Shown piece after piece: positions 10,113 through 20,816 of a stretch of 61,614 nucleotides of DNA. The notes beneath the pieces are model-generated. The model was not told where the DNA came from and did not search any database. It worked only from the letters and a program-made list of their open reading frames with translations. Position 1 is the first letter of the stretch. Each line of letters starts with the position of its first letter. Location: NCBI GenBank assembly GCA_049324235.1, contig JBMOLJ010000070.1, forward strand, positions 1-61,614, in the 5' to 3' direction. The position numbers were made by a program, and so were the translations under genes. Source of the DNA: Bacillota bacterium (GTDB lineage Bacteria; Bacillota; Clostridia; Christensenellales; UBA1431).

Positions 10113-10973
10113 ATGACAATTGCCGACGAACAATACCGCATTATCGTTGAATCGTCTCCCAATATGATCTGGCGATCCGGTAAGGACGCCTTGTGTGATT
10201 ACTTCAATACAACCTGGCTCAATTTTACCGGAAGGACTATGGAGCAGGAAATTGGCAATGGCTGGGCCGAGGGCGTGCATCCCGATGATTTTGATCGCTG
10301 CCTGAAAATCTACCTGGAAGCGTTTGAACAGAGAAAGCCTTTTGAAATGGAGTACCGGCTCAGGCGGCACGACGGCCAATGGCGGTGGATTAAGGACAGA
10401 GGCGTCCCTTATTACGTGGATAATGCGTTCGCCGGGTTTATTGGAAGCTGTATGGATGTCAACGAAAACGTCGAAGGGCAGAAACTCCTTAATATGGCCC
10501 AAAAGGACGGATTGACCGGGATAAACAACCGCCAGTATTTTGAACTGCTGGCTTCGGAGGAAGTCAAAAAGGCAAGACGTTTTGCACAATCCTTATGCCT
10601 CGTGATGATGGATATAGACAGGTTCAAAACAGTGAACGACAAATACGGGCACCAGGCCGGGGATAAGGTGTTGAAAGAAACGGCCAGACTTTTGAAGCAG
10701 AGCATCCGGGACCTGGACTTGCTGGGGAGATACGGCGGCGACGAGTTTGTCATCCTGTTCCCTGACACTTCCTATGATGAGGCCTTGCTGATTATCGACA
10801 GAATCAATACGGCGGTTACAGGTACACGGCTGCTCTATAATGAATCTGTCATTACCTTTTCAATGAGTTTTGGCGTTTGTGAAATGCATGATGAAGAAAA
10901 CCTGGAAAAAATAGTTGGTATAGCTGATGAAAAATTATACCGATCAAAACAGCAGAAATATAATGACCGATGA
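10113..10973 (+). CDS. PAS-GGDEF diguanylate cyclase
   Basis: PAS (VHPDD, EYRLRR.DG.WRWI) plus DIDRFK.VND and RYGGDEF with RxxD I-site. Confidence 0.93.
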   Translation: MTIADEQYRIIVESSPNMIWRSGKDALCDYFNTTWLNFTGRTMEQEIGNGWAEGVHPDDFDRCLKIYLEAFEQRKPFEMEYRLRRHDGQWRWIKDRGVPYYVDNAFAGFIGSCMDVNENVEGQKLLNMAQKDGLTGINNRQYFELLASEEVKKARRFAQSLCLVMMDIDRFKTVNDKYGHQAGDKVLKETARLLKQSIRDLDLLGRYGGDEFVILFPDTSYDEALLIIDRINTAVTGTRLLYNESVITFSMSFGVCEMHDEENLEKIVGIADEKLYRSKQQKYNDR

Positions 10974-11027
10974 CCGACTAGCCAGATTTTGTCAGGCTTA
11001 ACAGCCGTTTGATTGCACACATTCGAA

Positions 11028-11453
11028 TCATTTATTGATCAAAACCATCCCGGCTATACACAGAGCGATGCCCGCCAGCTGCGCAGGCGTGATGGTTTCT
11101 TTATAGAGCAATGCGCCTATAAAAATAAGCGTAACGGCCAATCCGATATTCGCAACCAGGGAACCGGTGCTGACGTTCCAACCCACGCGGTAAACCTGTA
11201 AATATCCGAACTCCAGCCCGACAATCGCGAAACCCAGAATAAAGCTCGTCCAGTTCACGGACTTGACTTCGTCAAACAGGTTTTTCGTGCTGCCCGAAAA
11301 ACAGAATAATATGACGGAAAGCAGGGCCGCTGTAAGATAGGTTACCGTCAGGGTTGCGAACGGGTTGATATTTCCCGGCGTGGATTTGGCGGCAATGTGG
11401 TAGAATGTATTCGCACCAATGACAACGAGGATCGGCCAGACGTAGCTCAGCAT
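11028..11453 (-). CDS. EamA/DMT-family small transporter
   Basis: ~5 hydrophobic segments, ends LYKETIT..QLAGI. Confidence 0.75.
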   Translation of the reverse strand: MLSYVWPILVVIGANTFYHIAAKSTPGNINPFATLTVTYLTAALLSVILFCFSGSTKNLFDEVKSVNWTSFILGFAIVGLEFGYLQVYRVGWNVSTGSLVANIGLAVTLIFIGALLYKETITPAQLAGIALCIAGMVLINK

Positions 11454-11548
11454 TTTTCAGATAATTCCCTTAAAAAATATTTATACTTTAAGTATAGGGT
11501 ATATCCGGATCCGCTTCAAGGATATGTAAGGCCAGAGAATTCATATTA

Positions 11549-11790
11549 TTACCTTATTTCCTGCTCCAGTTTATCAAATTCCTTCGTGCTGAAAAACTCT
11601 CAAAGGGTAATTTCAAAACCGTCACACAGCTTTTTGATTGTCACAATGCCGGGATTTTGACTTTCGCCATTCAGAATGCTTTTACGGTTCCTTGTGGGAC
11701 GGCCGCAAGATTGCTGATACCGTTCGGTGTTAATCCTCTTTCTTTGCAAAGTTGCCTGATTCTCATTGCAACTGCTTTTTGTACATTCAT
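11549..11790 (-). pseudogene. XRE-family HTH regulator with a frameshift and an internal stop
   Basis: RBS GGAGG then MNVQKAVAMRIRQLCKERGLT...; 1-nt deletion in the A-run near 11682; in-frame TGA near 11600; reading resumes EFFSTKEFDKLEQEIR*. Confidence 0.75.
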
Positions 11791-11860
11791 AATTGCCTCC
11801 TTAGTGACATATCACAACTTAATGATATGTCACTAAATGAGCGGGTTTCATTCCTCCGTA

Positions 11861-12655
11861 TTATGAAAGCAGCATGCGGTCGCTTGCTAGCTCGCTGCCG
11901 CTGGCCTTCTCGAATTTTTCCATTAAATAGTCGACGGTCAGGCTCTTCTTTTCCTCCCCGCCGATATCGAGGATAATCCTTCCTTCATACATCATGACCA
12001 GGCGGTTGCCGTGTTTAATGGCGTCGCGCATATTATGCGTGACCATCATCGTTGTGATCTGGTGCTCGGTGATGATCTTGTCGCTCAATGCCAGCACCTT
12101 CTGCGCCGTCTTGGGGTCGAGCGCCGCGGTGTGCTCATCGAGCAGGAGCAGCCGAGGCTGCTTCATGGTTGCCATCAGCAGGGTGATCGCCTGCCTCTGG
12201 CCGCCCGAGAGAAGGCCGACCTTGGTACTAAGGCGGTTCTCTAGCCCCAGTTCAAGCGTTGCGAGCAGTTCCCTGTAATAATCGCGTTCCTTGTGGGATA
12301 TCCCCCATTTCAGGCCGCGCTTCTGGCCGCGGCGGTATGCGAGCGCGAGGTTTTCCTCAATCCACATGTTTCCAGCCGTACCCATCACAGGATCCTGAAA
12401 AACACGCCCGAGGTACCTTGCGCGGACATGCTCGGGCTGCTTTGTAACATCGGCGTTATCGATGAAAATCGTGCCGGAATCCACCGGATAAACACCCGCA
12501 ATACAGTTGAGCAGCGTGCTCTTGCCTGCCCCGTTGCCGCCGATCACGGTCACGAAGTCGCCCTCGTCAAGCCGGAGGTCCACGCCTTCAAGGGCCAGTT
12601 TTTCGTCGACTGATCCCTTGTTGAATGTCTTGAATATCTGCGAAACCTTCAGCAT
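11861..12655 (-). CDS. ABC transporter ATP-binding protein
   Basis: GGNGAGKS, LSGGQRQ, LLLDEHTAALD. Confidence 0.93.
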   Translation of the reverse strand: MLKVSQIFKTFNKGSVDEKLALEGVDLRLDEGDFVTVIGGNGAGKSTLLNCIAGVYPVDSGTIFIDNADVTKQPEHVRARYLGRVFQDPVMGTAGNMWIEENLALAYRRGQKRGLKWGISHKERDYYRELLATLELGLENRLSTKVGLLSGGQRQAITLLMATMKQPRLLLLDEHTAALDPKTAQKVLALSDKIITEHQITTMMVTHNMRDAIKHGNRLVMMYEGRIILDIGGEEKKSLTVDYLMEKFEKASGSELASDRMLLS

Positions 12656-12656
12656 T

Positions 12657-13550
12657 TCAGGAGCCCCTTTTTATCGACTTTTTCAGCGGTGTGAGGTAGG
12701 TTTTGAATACCGGGAACGAAAGCGCGATGGCAACGGTAATCGCTGTGAACAGCCGTAAATCGGTGGGTACCAGGCCCAATTCTAGTACAAAGGCTATGAT
12801 GATGCGGTAGGTCACCGCGCCCAACACCAGAGAGATGAGCGTATTCAGGAAATTGCGCGTGCCGAAAAGCACCTCCCCGATGATGACCGACGCAAGCCCG
12901 ATCACGATCGAGCCGATACCCATCTGAATGTCCGAATAGCTCTGGAACTGCGCTAAGAGCGCTCCCGCAAAGGCAACAAGGCCGTTGCTGATGACAAGGC
13001 CGAGGATGATCATCGTGTCGGTCTTAACGCCCTGCGCACGGATCATCCTCGGATTGTTGCCAGTTGCGCGGATGGCGCAGCCTGTTTCTGTTCCAAAAAA
13101 CCAGTACAGGATCAGGATCACCGCAATGACGCAGATCAATCCGAAGATAATGACCGCGTCGCGGTTATTAAGGCCCATGTTCATTAAGGGTGTATAGACT
13201 GTGTCCGCCCTTAAAAGGGATACGTTCGCCTTGCCCATGATGCGGATGTTGATCGAATACAGCGCGATCATGGTCAGGATTCCCGAGAGAAGAGCAGGAA
13301 TTTTCAGCTTGGTATGCAGCAGGCCGGTAACAAGACCGGCGGCCATACCCGCAAAGACAGCGATCAGCGTCGCAAGATAGGGGTCTGTCCCCGACACAAT
13401 CATCGACGCCGCTACCGCCGCGCCGGTGGTAATGCTGCCCTCAACGGTCAGGTCGGCAAAATCAAGGATGCGATAGGTGATAAACACCCCGATCGTCATG
13501 ATCGCCCACAGCAGGCCGAGCGATACAGCCCCCTGAAGTAATTGGAGCAT
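12657..13550 (-). CDS. ABC transporter permease
   Basis: Polytopic; DLTVEGS, IRATGNN motifs. Confidence 0.92.
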   Translation of the reverse strand: MLQLLQGAVSLGLLWAIMTIGVFITYRILDFADLTVEGSITTGAAVAASMIVSGTDPYLATLIAVFAGMAAGLVTGLLHTKLKIPALLSGILTMIALYSINIRIMGKANVSLLRADTVYTPLMNMGLNNRDAVIIFGLICVIAVILILYWFFGTETGCAIRATGNNPRMIRAQGVKTDTMIILGLVISNGLVAFAGALLAQFQSYSDIQMGIGSIVIGLASVIIGEVLFGTRNFLNTLISLVLGAVTYRIIIAFVLELGLVPTDLRLFTAITVAIALSFPVFKTYLTPLKKSIKRGS

Positions 13551-13587
13551 TGATAAAAACCCCCGCTCAAAAGATTAATGTAAGCTG

Positions 13588-14610
13588 TTACGGTGTCGCG
13601 GTTGCGGCAGCGGTGGCAGCCGCAGTAGGAGTCGGATAAACTACGGCGCTTTCCAGATCGGAAGGAACCGTTATGCCGATGGCCTTGACAACGTCGCCGT
13701 TGATCGTGAAGTCGTACTTTGTCTGGCTCTCAATGGGCATGGTTTCCGTTTTCGCTTCACCCTTGAGGATCTTGACAGCCATTTCGCCGGTCTGGTAGCC
13801 AAGGTTGTAATAATTGATCCCGAGCGTTGCCAGCCCGCCTCCCATTACCATGTTGGACTCGCCGCAGATGGTAGGGAGCTTTGCCTCGTTGGTGATCTTG
13901 GAAACGACCGGCATCGTGGAAGCCAGTACGTTATCGGTCGGGATGTAGATCGCGTCCACCTTGCCGACTAGGGACTGCGTCACCTGCTGGACGTCATTGC
14001 TGTTCGTAACCGTCGCTTCCTTCACCGTCAGTCCCAGCGCCTCACAGGCCTTTTTAGCCTCAGCGGCCTGCAATACGGAGTTGTCCTCGCTGGAAGTATA
14101 GAGTATTCCGACGGTCTTGGCGTCCGGCACGAGCTTTTTAAGCAGGTCGATCTGCTCCTTGATGGGGTTCATATCGGTCGTCCCGGATATATTTCCCCCC
14201 GGAGCCTCGTTCGAAGTGACAAGCTTTGCAACCTCATAGTCCGTAATCGCTGTGCCGAGAATGGGGATGTCCTTAGTCTCGGATGCCATCGCCTGTGCAG
14301 CCGGAGTCGCAATGGCAAGGATGAGGTCTTCCTTGTTGTTTACGAAACGCTGGCAGATGGTCTTGAGGTTGGACTGATCCGTCTCTGCATTCTGTACGTC
14401 AATCGTAATGTTCTGGCCGTCCACGTAACCGTTGTCGGCCAGCGCCTTCACGAAGCCCTCGCGCGAGGCATCAAGCGCAGGATGGGTAACATACTGGACA
14501 ATTCCGATTTTAAAGCTGGTTGTGCCACTTGTGGTCGAACAGCTTGCCAACCCGAGCAGCATGGTAACGGACAGCAGCGCCGCCAACACTTTAGGTAGCT
14601 TTTTCATCAA
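13588..14610 (-). CDS. ABC substrate-binding lipoprotein, probably aromatic amino acid
   Basis: Lipobox LASC; HPALD, IYIPTDN motifs; T-box upstream. Confidence 0.88.
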   Translation of the reverse strand: MMKKLPKVLAALLSVTMLLGLASCSTTSGTTSFKIGIVQYVTHPALDASREGFVKALADNGYVDGQNITIDVQNAETDQSNLKTICQRFVNNKEDLILAIATPAAQAMASETKDIPILGTAITDYEVAKLVTSNEAPGGNISGTTDMNPIKEQIDLLKKLVPDAKTVGILYTSSEDNSVLQAAEAKKACEALGLTVKEATVTNSNDVQQVTQSLVGKVDAIYIPTDNVLASTMPVVSKITNEAKLPTICGESNMVMGGGLATLGINYYNLGYQTGEMAVKILKGEAKTETMPIESQTKYDFTINGDVVKAIGITVPSDLESAVVYPTPTAAATAAATATP

Positions 14611-14663
14611 TCATTACCTCCCGTTTCATTTTCAATTTTAACCGCTGAGGGTTACAATTGCTT

Positions 14664-14950
14664 CTATAAAAAATCCCGTCCTTTATAACGCAAAGGACGG
14701 GAAAAACATCCCCGTGGTACCACCTTGTTTCGTTTCCGCCTTACGGTGTGAAACCTTTCAAAGTACAGCGCGCCAACCACGCATACTCTGTCACGATAAC
14801 GGGTGACCCGGCGCACCTTCAGGGCAAAAGCCTTTTCGATGAGCAGTTCATAGGGTGAACTTCGTTCAGCGCAGCCCTTGTCCCCTTTGCAGCTCCCGGA
14901 GACTCTCTTCAAAGGGCGAAAGCGCTCCTACTCTTCCTAATCATTACTGT
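14664..14950 (-). promoter_or_regulatory. T-box riboswitch, probable specifier UUC (Phe) at 14857-14859
   Basis: Stem I with AGAGA/GCTG motifs, T-box AAGGTGGTACCACG, terminator CCCGTCCTTT...AAAGGACGGG-ATTTTT. Confidence 0.92.
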
Positions 14951-14968
14951 TGGTCGTATACAGACATC

Positions 14969-14997
14969 ATTATACATTTGCCGCCTTATAGTGTCAA
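14969..14997 (-). promoter_or_regulatory. Consensus sigmaA promoter for the T-box leader
   Basis: TTGACA-17-TATAAT. Confidence 0.85.
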
Positions 14998-15126
14998 TAA
15001 AAGTTGGGCAAAAGCCCGTGTAAAACAATACCATACATGTTTTAAGCACACAAAAAGCAGATTCAAGGATAACGAAAGCGGGGGATATATAGTTATCAAT
15101 CGCTCTAAATAAGGAGGAAGCGGACC

Positions 15127-15849
15127 ATGGAACAACGCGGCGTGGTCATGGGGACCCTGTTTGCGCTGCTCATCGTATGCGGCGTACTCATCGCTTACGG
15201 AGCTGTTTCGGGAGATGAAACGCTGCTGCTGCCAGGCGTCGTTGCCGCTCCCGTTTTGTTGATCGTGATGCTGGTTTATTGGAAAAGATCGGCCCAAAGA
15301 AAAAAAATGCTGAAACAGGACGGCCATCTCATTTACTGGGAATACTCGGATCAGGAGGCGGAGGCCATTATCGCCCGCGAACTTCCGTCGATACGCAAAA
15401 AGAGCAGAGCCGTTGCTATCCTGCTGAGCGTATGCTTTATTGTTATTCTTCTGCCGTTCGTGCTGATCACTCTGCAGGCCGATCCCGGCTCCCCTATTCT
15501 CGTGATAGCGATACCAGCCGCGCTGCTGCCGCTGCTCGCGATCCCGCTCGCCCCTGCCGCGGAGGCCGCCAGAATCCGGCGGTATCCGTGCATCACTGCA
15601 ATCGGCCGCGATTATGCGCTGATTGCCAACCGCTATGCGGGGATAAACGATTACTCCAGGCTGAAGCTCGAACATGCCCAACTGCTGCAGGAAAAGCAGG
15701 AGGGGATGCTCTGGATGCGCGCGCATTATTCCTATCGCGCCGGGCGCGTTCCGAGCACTATCCGCAAATCGGTCGATATCCCTGTTCCCGGCGGCAGGGA
15801 GAGCGAAGCGGAAGATTTCTGCCGCAATCGGCAGGCAAAAAGTGAATAA
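15127..15849 (+). CDS. Hypothetical membrane protein (~4 TM)
   Basis: RBS AAGGAGG; four hydrophobic segments. Confidence 0.75.
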   Translation: MEQRGVVMGTLFALLIVCGVLIAYGAVSGDETLLLPGVVAAPVLLIVMLVYWKRSAQRKKMLKQDGHLIYWEYSDQEAEAIIARELPSIRKKSRAVAILLSVCFIVILLPFVLITLQADPGSPILVIAIPAALLPLLAIPLAPAAEAARIRRYPCITAIGRDYALIANRYAGINDYSRLKLEHAQLLQEKQEGMLWMRAHYSYRAGRVPSTIRKSVDIPVPGGRESEAEDFCRNRQAKSE

Positions 15850-15871
15850 AACGTTTGAGGTGCCTGCATCT

Positions 15872-15900
15872 TTGACAAAGCGCGGATGAAATACTACAAT
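15872..15900 (+). promoter_or_regulatory. sigmaA promoter
   Basis: TTGACA-17-TACAAT. Confidence 0.75.
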
Positions 15901-15968
15901 ACGATTAACGTATCCGTCGGTTTATGCCTGTAATGGTACTGCGCCGCATATGCAGAAAGGATCACATC

Positions 15969-16760
15969 ATGAAACCGTTTGACGAAATAGACCGGCTCAG
16001 CGCGTCCAAAATCCGTTATATCCTCTTTGACATCGACGACACCATCACGACCCGCGGCAAAGTTACATCTAAGGCGTACGATGCGCTCTGGGAATTGTAC
16101 GACGCCGGATACTACCCCATACCTGTGACCGGCCGGCCCGCAGGCTGGTGCGATCTGATCATCCGGCAGTGGCCTGTCCGGGCTGTCGTGGGAGAAAACG
16201 GCGCATTCGTGTACTACTTTTCAGAAGACCAGCTTTGCAGTTTCATCCACCCGTCCGTGGCCTCAGGCGACTACCGCGAAAAGCTCAGCGCCATCCGGGA
16301 TGAAGCTTTGCAAAAAGTGCCCGGGTGCCGGGTAGCGAAGGACCAGTTTTGCAGAATCTACGATCTTGCCATCGACTTCAACGAAGACCCGCCGCATCTG
16401 GGCCTTGAGGCTGCGGAGGAGATCCGGTCGATATGCGTTTCCATGGGCGCGGAGGCCAAGATCAGCTCCATCCACGTCAATACCTGGTTCGGGAAATACG
16501 ACAAGCTGTCAACGGCGCTTATGTTCCTGAGCGAGGTGCTGGGCGAAACGCATCCGAAAGAGCGCGTCATGTTCTTTGGGGATTCGCCGAACGACGAGCC
16601 GATGTTCGCGTATTTTCCCGTAAGCTGCGGGGTTGCCAATATAGAGCCCTTCGTATCCACCATGAAGCACCTGCCCACATACGTCGCCCCGCATGCGGGC
16701 GGAGAGGGATTCGCCGATGCGGTGGAACACTTCCTTTCGCTCAGAAACTCCGCTTTTTAA
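15969..16760 (+). CDS. HAD-IIB family hydrolase
   Basis: FDIDDTIT, VTGR, GDSPNDEPMF motifs. Confidence 0.9.
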   Translation: MKPFDEIDRLSASKIRYILFDIDDTITTRGKVTSKAYDALWELYDAGYYPIPVTGRPAGWCDLIIRQWPVRAVVGENGAFVYYFSEDQLCSFIHPSVASGDYREKLSAIRDEALQKVPGCRVAKDQFCRIYDLAIDFNEDPPHLGLEAAEEIRSICVSMGAEAKISSIHVNTWFGKYDKLSTALMFLSEVLGETHPKERVMFFGDSPNDEPMFAYFPVSCGVANIEPFVSTMKHLPTYVAPHAGGEGFADAVEHFLSLRNSAF

Positions 16761-16816
16761 TGAATAACTTCCTCAACCGGCAATCAAACCGGCAGCCCGC
16801 TCGTTGCGGGCTTTTG

Positions 16817-18265
16817 TTAATCGGGATTCACCGTTTTTGCCCTCCTTTTTACAAGGCGGAACGCGGTAACAGCAACGCCTATCAGACAGATGCACGCCGC
16901 GGTAATGTACACGATCCGCATGCCGTATATGAAGGCGTCGCTCCTGCCTTCAACGTATCCCGAAACATGATAGCCGAGCTTATTACTCATTCCCCCGTAC
17001 AGCAGGGAGGTAGACAGCGCTATCCCGCTGACCATCCCGAGGTTCCTGACCAGCGCGTTCACGCTCCCCCCTATCCCAAGCTTGTCCCTGGGCAGCGTGG
17101 ACATGATCAGCGAAGTGTTCGGCGACTGAAACATCCCGTTTCCGAGCGACATAATGGCTATGAACAGCACCATCATGGCATACGCCGGATGTTCATCGAG
17201 GGTCGATAACAGAAATAAGCCTACGCCGGTGAAGAACAGCCCGATCAAGGTCAGCAGCTCCGAACCGATCTTATCCGAAAGATAGCCGCTGACAGGCGCC
17301 ACCACGGCAAGCACCAGCGGAAAAATCGTCATATACAGGCCGGCGGCGCCCGGTGAAAGCTTCAAAACATCCTGCAGATAAAAGGGCTGGACAATCGTTG
17401 AACAGAACATGGCAACGAAACTGATAAAGCCGCAGAATATGCTGATGGAAAACCATTTGTTTTTAAACAGGCCCAAATCCAGCAACGGGGATTGCGACTT
17501 CTTTTCAACGATAATGAACAGTACGAACGAAACGAGCGATATGCTAAGAGCAACGAGCATGAACGGATTGAAATACCCCACGACCTCAACCTGGCCCAGG
17601 GAAACGAATAAAGGGACGATAGCAAATATGAATAAGGCCGCCCCCGGAACATCCAGCCTGCTTTTGATTCTGTTCTCTTTTTTGGGAAGGAACCGCAGAC
17701 TGAAAAGAAACACGATAATGCCGATGGGAATATTGATCCAGAATATGTATTCCCACCTGGAAACATCGACGATAAAGCCTCCCAGCGCCGGTCCGACCAA
17801 CGTACCTAAGGCTACAAACGTACCCGATATCCCCAGCGCCCGCCCTCTTTCATTGGGCGGGAAAACCTGCGTAATAATGCCCTGGCTGTTGGCCATGGTG
17901 CACGCCGCCCCAACCGCCTGGACAATTCTTGATACGACCAGCCAAAATAGCGAATGGGTAAGCCCGCACAGGAAGGAGCCGACGGTGAAAACAGCCAGGC
18001 CGTATTTGAACACATTCGACTTCCCCTTGAGGTCGCCGTACCGGCCGAAAACCAGTATGGCCGCCGCTATCGTAATCAGGTAAGAACTTACTACCCACGC
18101 GATCTCGCCTGACGTCACATGCAATTCTCTGCCTATAACCGGCAACGCCACATTGACGATGCTGCTGTCCAAAGTAGCCATAAAGGTGGACATTACGACG
18201 ATAAATAAAACTGTCCACCTTGTTTTGGATACATTCAACGTTTGGGCTTCCAAATTCGAACACAT
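16817..18265 (-). CDS. MFS drug:H+ antiporter (DHA2-like)
   Basis: FMATLDSSIVNVALP, GRYGDLKG, FWINIPIG; exact start uncertain. Confidence 0.9.
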   Translation of the reverse strand: MCSNLEAQTLNVSKTRWTVLFIVVMSTFMATLDSSIVNVALPVIGRELHVTSGEIAWVVSSYLITIAAAILVFGRYGDLKGKSNVFKYGLAVFTVGSFLCGLTHSLFWLVVSRIVQAVGAACTMANSQGIITQVFPPNERGRALGISGTFVALGTLVGPALGGFIVDVSRWEYIFWINIPIGIIVFLFSLRFLPKKENRIKSRLDVPGAALFIFAIVPLFVSLGQVEVVGYFNPFMLVALSISLVSFVLFIIVEKKSQSPLLDLGLFKNKWFSISIFCGFISFVAMFCSTIVQPFYLQDVLKLSPGAAGLYMTIFPLVLAVVAPVSGYLSDKIGSELLTLIGLFFTGVGLFLLSTLDEHPAYAMMVLFIAIMSLGNGMFQSPNTSLIMSTLPRDKLGIGGSVNALVRNLGMVSGIALSTSLLYGGMSNKLGYHVSGYVEGRSDAFIYGMRIVYITAACICLIGVAVTAFRLVKRRAKTVNPD

Positions 18266-18351
18266 CTTTCAGTCAAAAAGTTTGCAATCTATTCTACAGG
18301 CTTCCGTTTGAAAGCACAATTACCCGCTTTATTCCCCTGCCTGTTTATCAC

Positions 18352-19272
18352 TCAGGCCACGTTCGCAAGATATATCACAACGGGCAGTGTGAACATGCAA
18401 AATATTGTGGTCAAAAAAACAATGCCCGTGGTATAATCCGGCTCGTTGTCAAACTCCTTCGCGATGATGGCGGTATTCACGGCTGTGGGCGTGGAAATGC
18501 CGATCACCAGCGCCTGCGCAAGCAGGCCTTTTACGCCAAGGAGCAGCACGAGTGCGTAGGCGAGCAGGGGCGCCGAGATCACTTTTATCATGCTTGCCAA
18601 AATGACGTCCTTGAACCTGAACCCCGCTTTCACCTCTGCGAGCTGTATGCCCAGGCTGATTAATGCAAGGCCGATGAACGCATCGGCAATATAGTTTAAT
18701 GGTATCATGACCGGCTCGGGTATCCTGATTTGCAGGAGCTTTATCAGGGCGACAAGCGCTATGACATACAGGGCCGGCATTTTCATGGTGTTTTTCAGCG
18801 CTTCCCTTCTTGAAGCGTTCCCCGAGCTGGCCTGAAAAACGCTGAAGGTATTTGCCGTAATATTTTGGATCACGATAATGAGCATTTGGGAGGCCATCGC
18901 AACCGGATTGCTCTTGAACACCAAATCGATCAGCGGTATTCCGTAATTGCCGGTGTTGAACAGTATGAGCGCGTTTGAGAAGGCTTTTTTCTTGCTCCTC
19001 TCGTATTTGAAGATGATGGAGAAGAGCATGCTCAGCAAAAACATTCCGATTTCCATCAACAGGATAAAAGGTACGACTATCAAAAAGAAATCCCATGTTA
19101 AATCCATATTATATATTTTTATAAGAATCAGCACCGGAACGAGCACATATATCACCAGTTTAGAAAACGTCCTTGAATCGATCTTCATCGTTTTTTGAAA
19201 GACAAAGCCTATCGCAATGAGTATCATGATGGGAAGCTGGATATTGAGCAATATATACAAAAATTCTTTCAT
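18352..19272 (-). CDS. AEC-family transporter
   Basis: NTGNYGIP, TPTAVN motifs; start at MKEFLY after GGAG. Confidence 0.85.
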   Translation of the reverse strand: MKEFLYILLNIQLPIMILIAIGFVFQKTMKIDSRTFSKLVIYVLVPVLILIKIYNMDLTWDFFLIVVPFILLMEIGMFLLSMLFSIIFKYERSKKKAFSNALILFNTGNYGIPLIDLVFKSNPVAMASQMLIIVIQNITANTFSVFQASSGNASRREALKNTMKMPALYVIALVALIKLLQIRIPEPVMIPLNYIADAFIGLALISLGIQLAEVKAGFRFKDVILASMIKVISAPLLAYALVLLLGVKGLLAQALVIGISTPTAVNTAIIAKEFDNEPDYTTGIVFLTTIFCMFTLPVVIYLANVA

Positions 19273-19504
19273 GCAGGCGCTCCTTGTTGTTTCACACCTT
19301 AAGTATACGCAGATTATAGCACACTTTCCCTTCCCTGCGGCCGGATTTGCGGCAATATGCGCCCCATATGAGCGCCCTTGACACGCCCTGCCGATTGGGC
19401 TTATATTTCCCTCAGGGCGTAAAAGCCGCATCCGTATATAGTTTAACTTTGCCTTCGCAACTCTCACGGGCGACACAGGCAAATTATCATTGAAAGAGTG
19501 TGAA

Positions 19505-20233
19505 ATGGGAAAAAGGATACACGCGCTCAAGACAGCCTTTCCGGCTACGATACCCGTGCTTTTGGGGTATTTGTTCGTAGGGATAGCGTTCGGGATGCTG
19601 CTTGAGGAAAAAGGCTACAGTTTCATTTGGGCTTTTTTCGTAAGCCTGTCCGTCTACGCCGGTTCGATGCAGTTCGTGATGCTTAGCTTTCTGTCCTGCG
19701 GCGCGGGTTTGATCGAAGTAGCCCTGATGACGCTGGCAGTCAATTTCAGGCACGTGTTTTACGGCCTGTCCATGCTTGACAGCTTTAAGGGAATGGGCAA
19801 AAAGAAACCGTACATGATACACGCGCTTACCGACGAAACCTATTCGCTGCTCTGCGCTGTCAGTGTCCCTGCCGGAGTGGATCCGCACCTCTATAGGTTC
19901 TCCATCGCTGTATTGAACCACATATATTGGATAGCAGGCTCTGTTATCGGTGCGGTTGCCGGTTCTCTTGTCACCTTTAACACAACGGGAATTGACTTTG
20001 CCATGACGGCGCTTTTCGTGGTCATATTCATCGAGCAGTGGATGTCATATGCAACGCATATCCCTGCCCTTGCCGGCCTTGCATCCGCCGTACTGGCCCT
20101 GCTTATCCTGGGCGCCGGGAATTTTATCATTCCCGCAATGCTGATTTCAACATGCGCGCTTATCACGCTCAGGCACAGGCTGGCGCCTGTGTTGTGTGCA
20201 CAGGAGGAAGGCGGTGTAGAGCATGGAAGCTGA
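19505..20233 (+). CDS. azlC: AzlC branched-chain amino acid/methionine exporter
   Basis: YAGSMQF, NFRHVFYG, LTDETY motifs. Confidence 0.9.
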   Translation: MGKRIHALKTAFPATIPVLLGYLFVGIAFGMLLEEKGYSFIWAFFVSLSVYAGSMQFVMLSFLSCGAGLIEVALMTLAVNFRHVFYGLSMLDSFKGMGKKKPYMIHALTDETYSLLCAVSVPAGVDPHLYRFSIAVLNHIYWIAGSVIGAVAGSLVTFNTTGIDFAMTALFVVIFIEQWMSYATHIPALAGLASAVLALLILGAGNFIIPAMLISTCALITLRHRLAPVLCAQEEGGVEHGS

Positions 20234-20564
20234 CACGATGTACGCGATCGCCGTGGTATTGACGGTAGCCGCCATAACCTTTCTCACGCGGGCCGCGCCT
20301 TTCGCCCTGCAGAGCCGGAGCAGGACCCCGGACGGTTTGATCGCGTATCTTGGCAAGGCGCTGCCCCCGGCGGTCATGGCGACGCTCGTCGTATACGCCC
20401 TGCGGAATGTACACTTTTCGCAGTATCCCAACGGTCTGCCGGAATTCATCGCCATTGCCGTGGTAGCCGTGCTGCACTTGTGGAAACGGAATACGCTCTT
20501 GAGCATACTTACCGGAACCGTTGTCTATATGGTGCTTGTGCAGGCGGTGTTTACCGGCAGATAA
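20223..20564 (+). CDS. azlD: AzlD exporter subunit
   Basis: TFLTRAAPF, LPPAVM, LHLWKRN; overlaps azlC. Confidence 0.9.
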   Translation: MEADTMYAIAVVLTVAAITFLTRAAPFALQSRSRTPDGLIAYLGKALPPAVMATLVVYALRNVHFSQYPNGLPEFIAIAVVAVLHLWKRNTLLSILTGTVVYMVLVQAVFTGR

Positions 20565-20816
20565 TAATGGACTGCGCGAAAAGCATATTCTGACAATCAA
20601 ATTGTCCTCAAAACAGATAATCCGGTGCATTTTTGCGCAATAAAGTTTTTATTGCGCCATTTTGTATGCATAGCATTTGAATATTCAGGAGAAAATCTAT
20701 GTGCCGGCATTGCATGACGGGTTGCTGGACATACAAAGCTTGACATGTGCATGCAATGAAAATAATATATAGCCATAAATATCGGTACCATAAATTACTA
20801 AATAAGGAGGTTGCAT

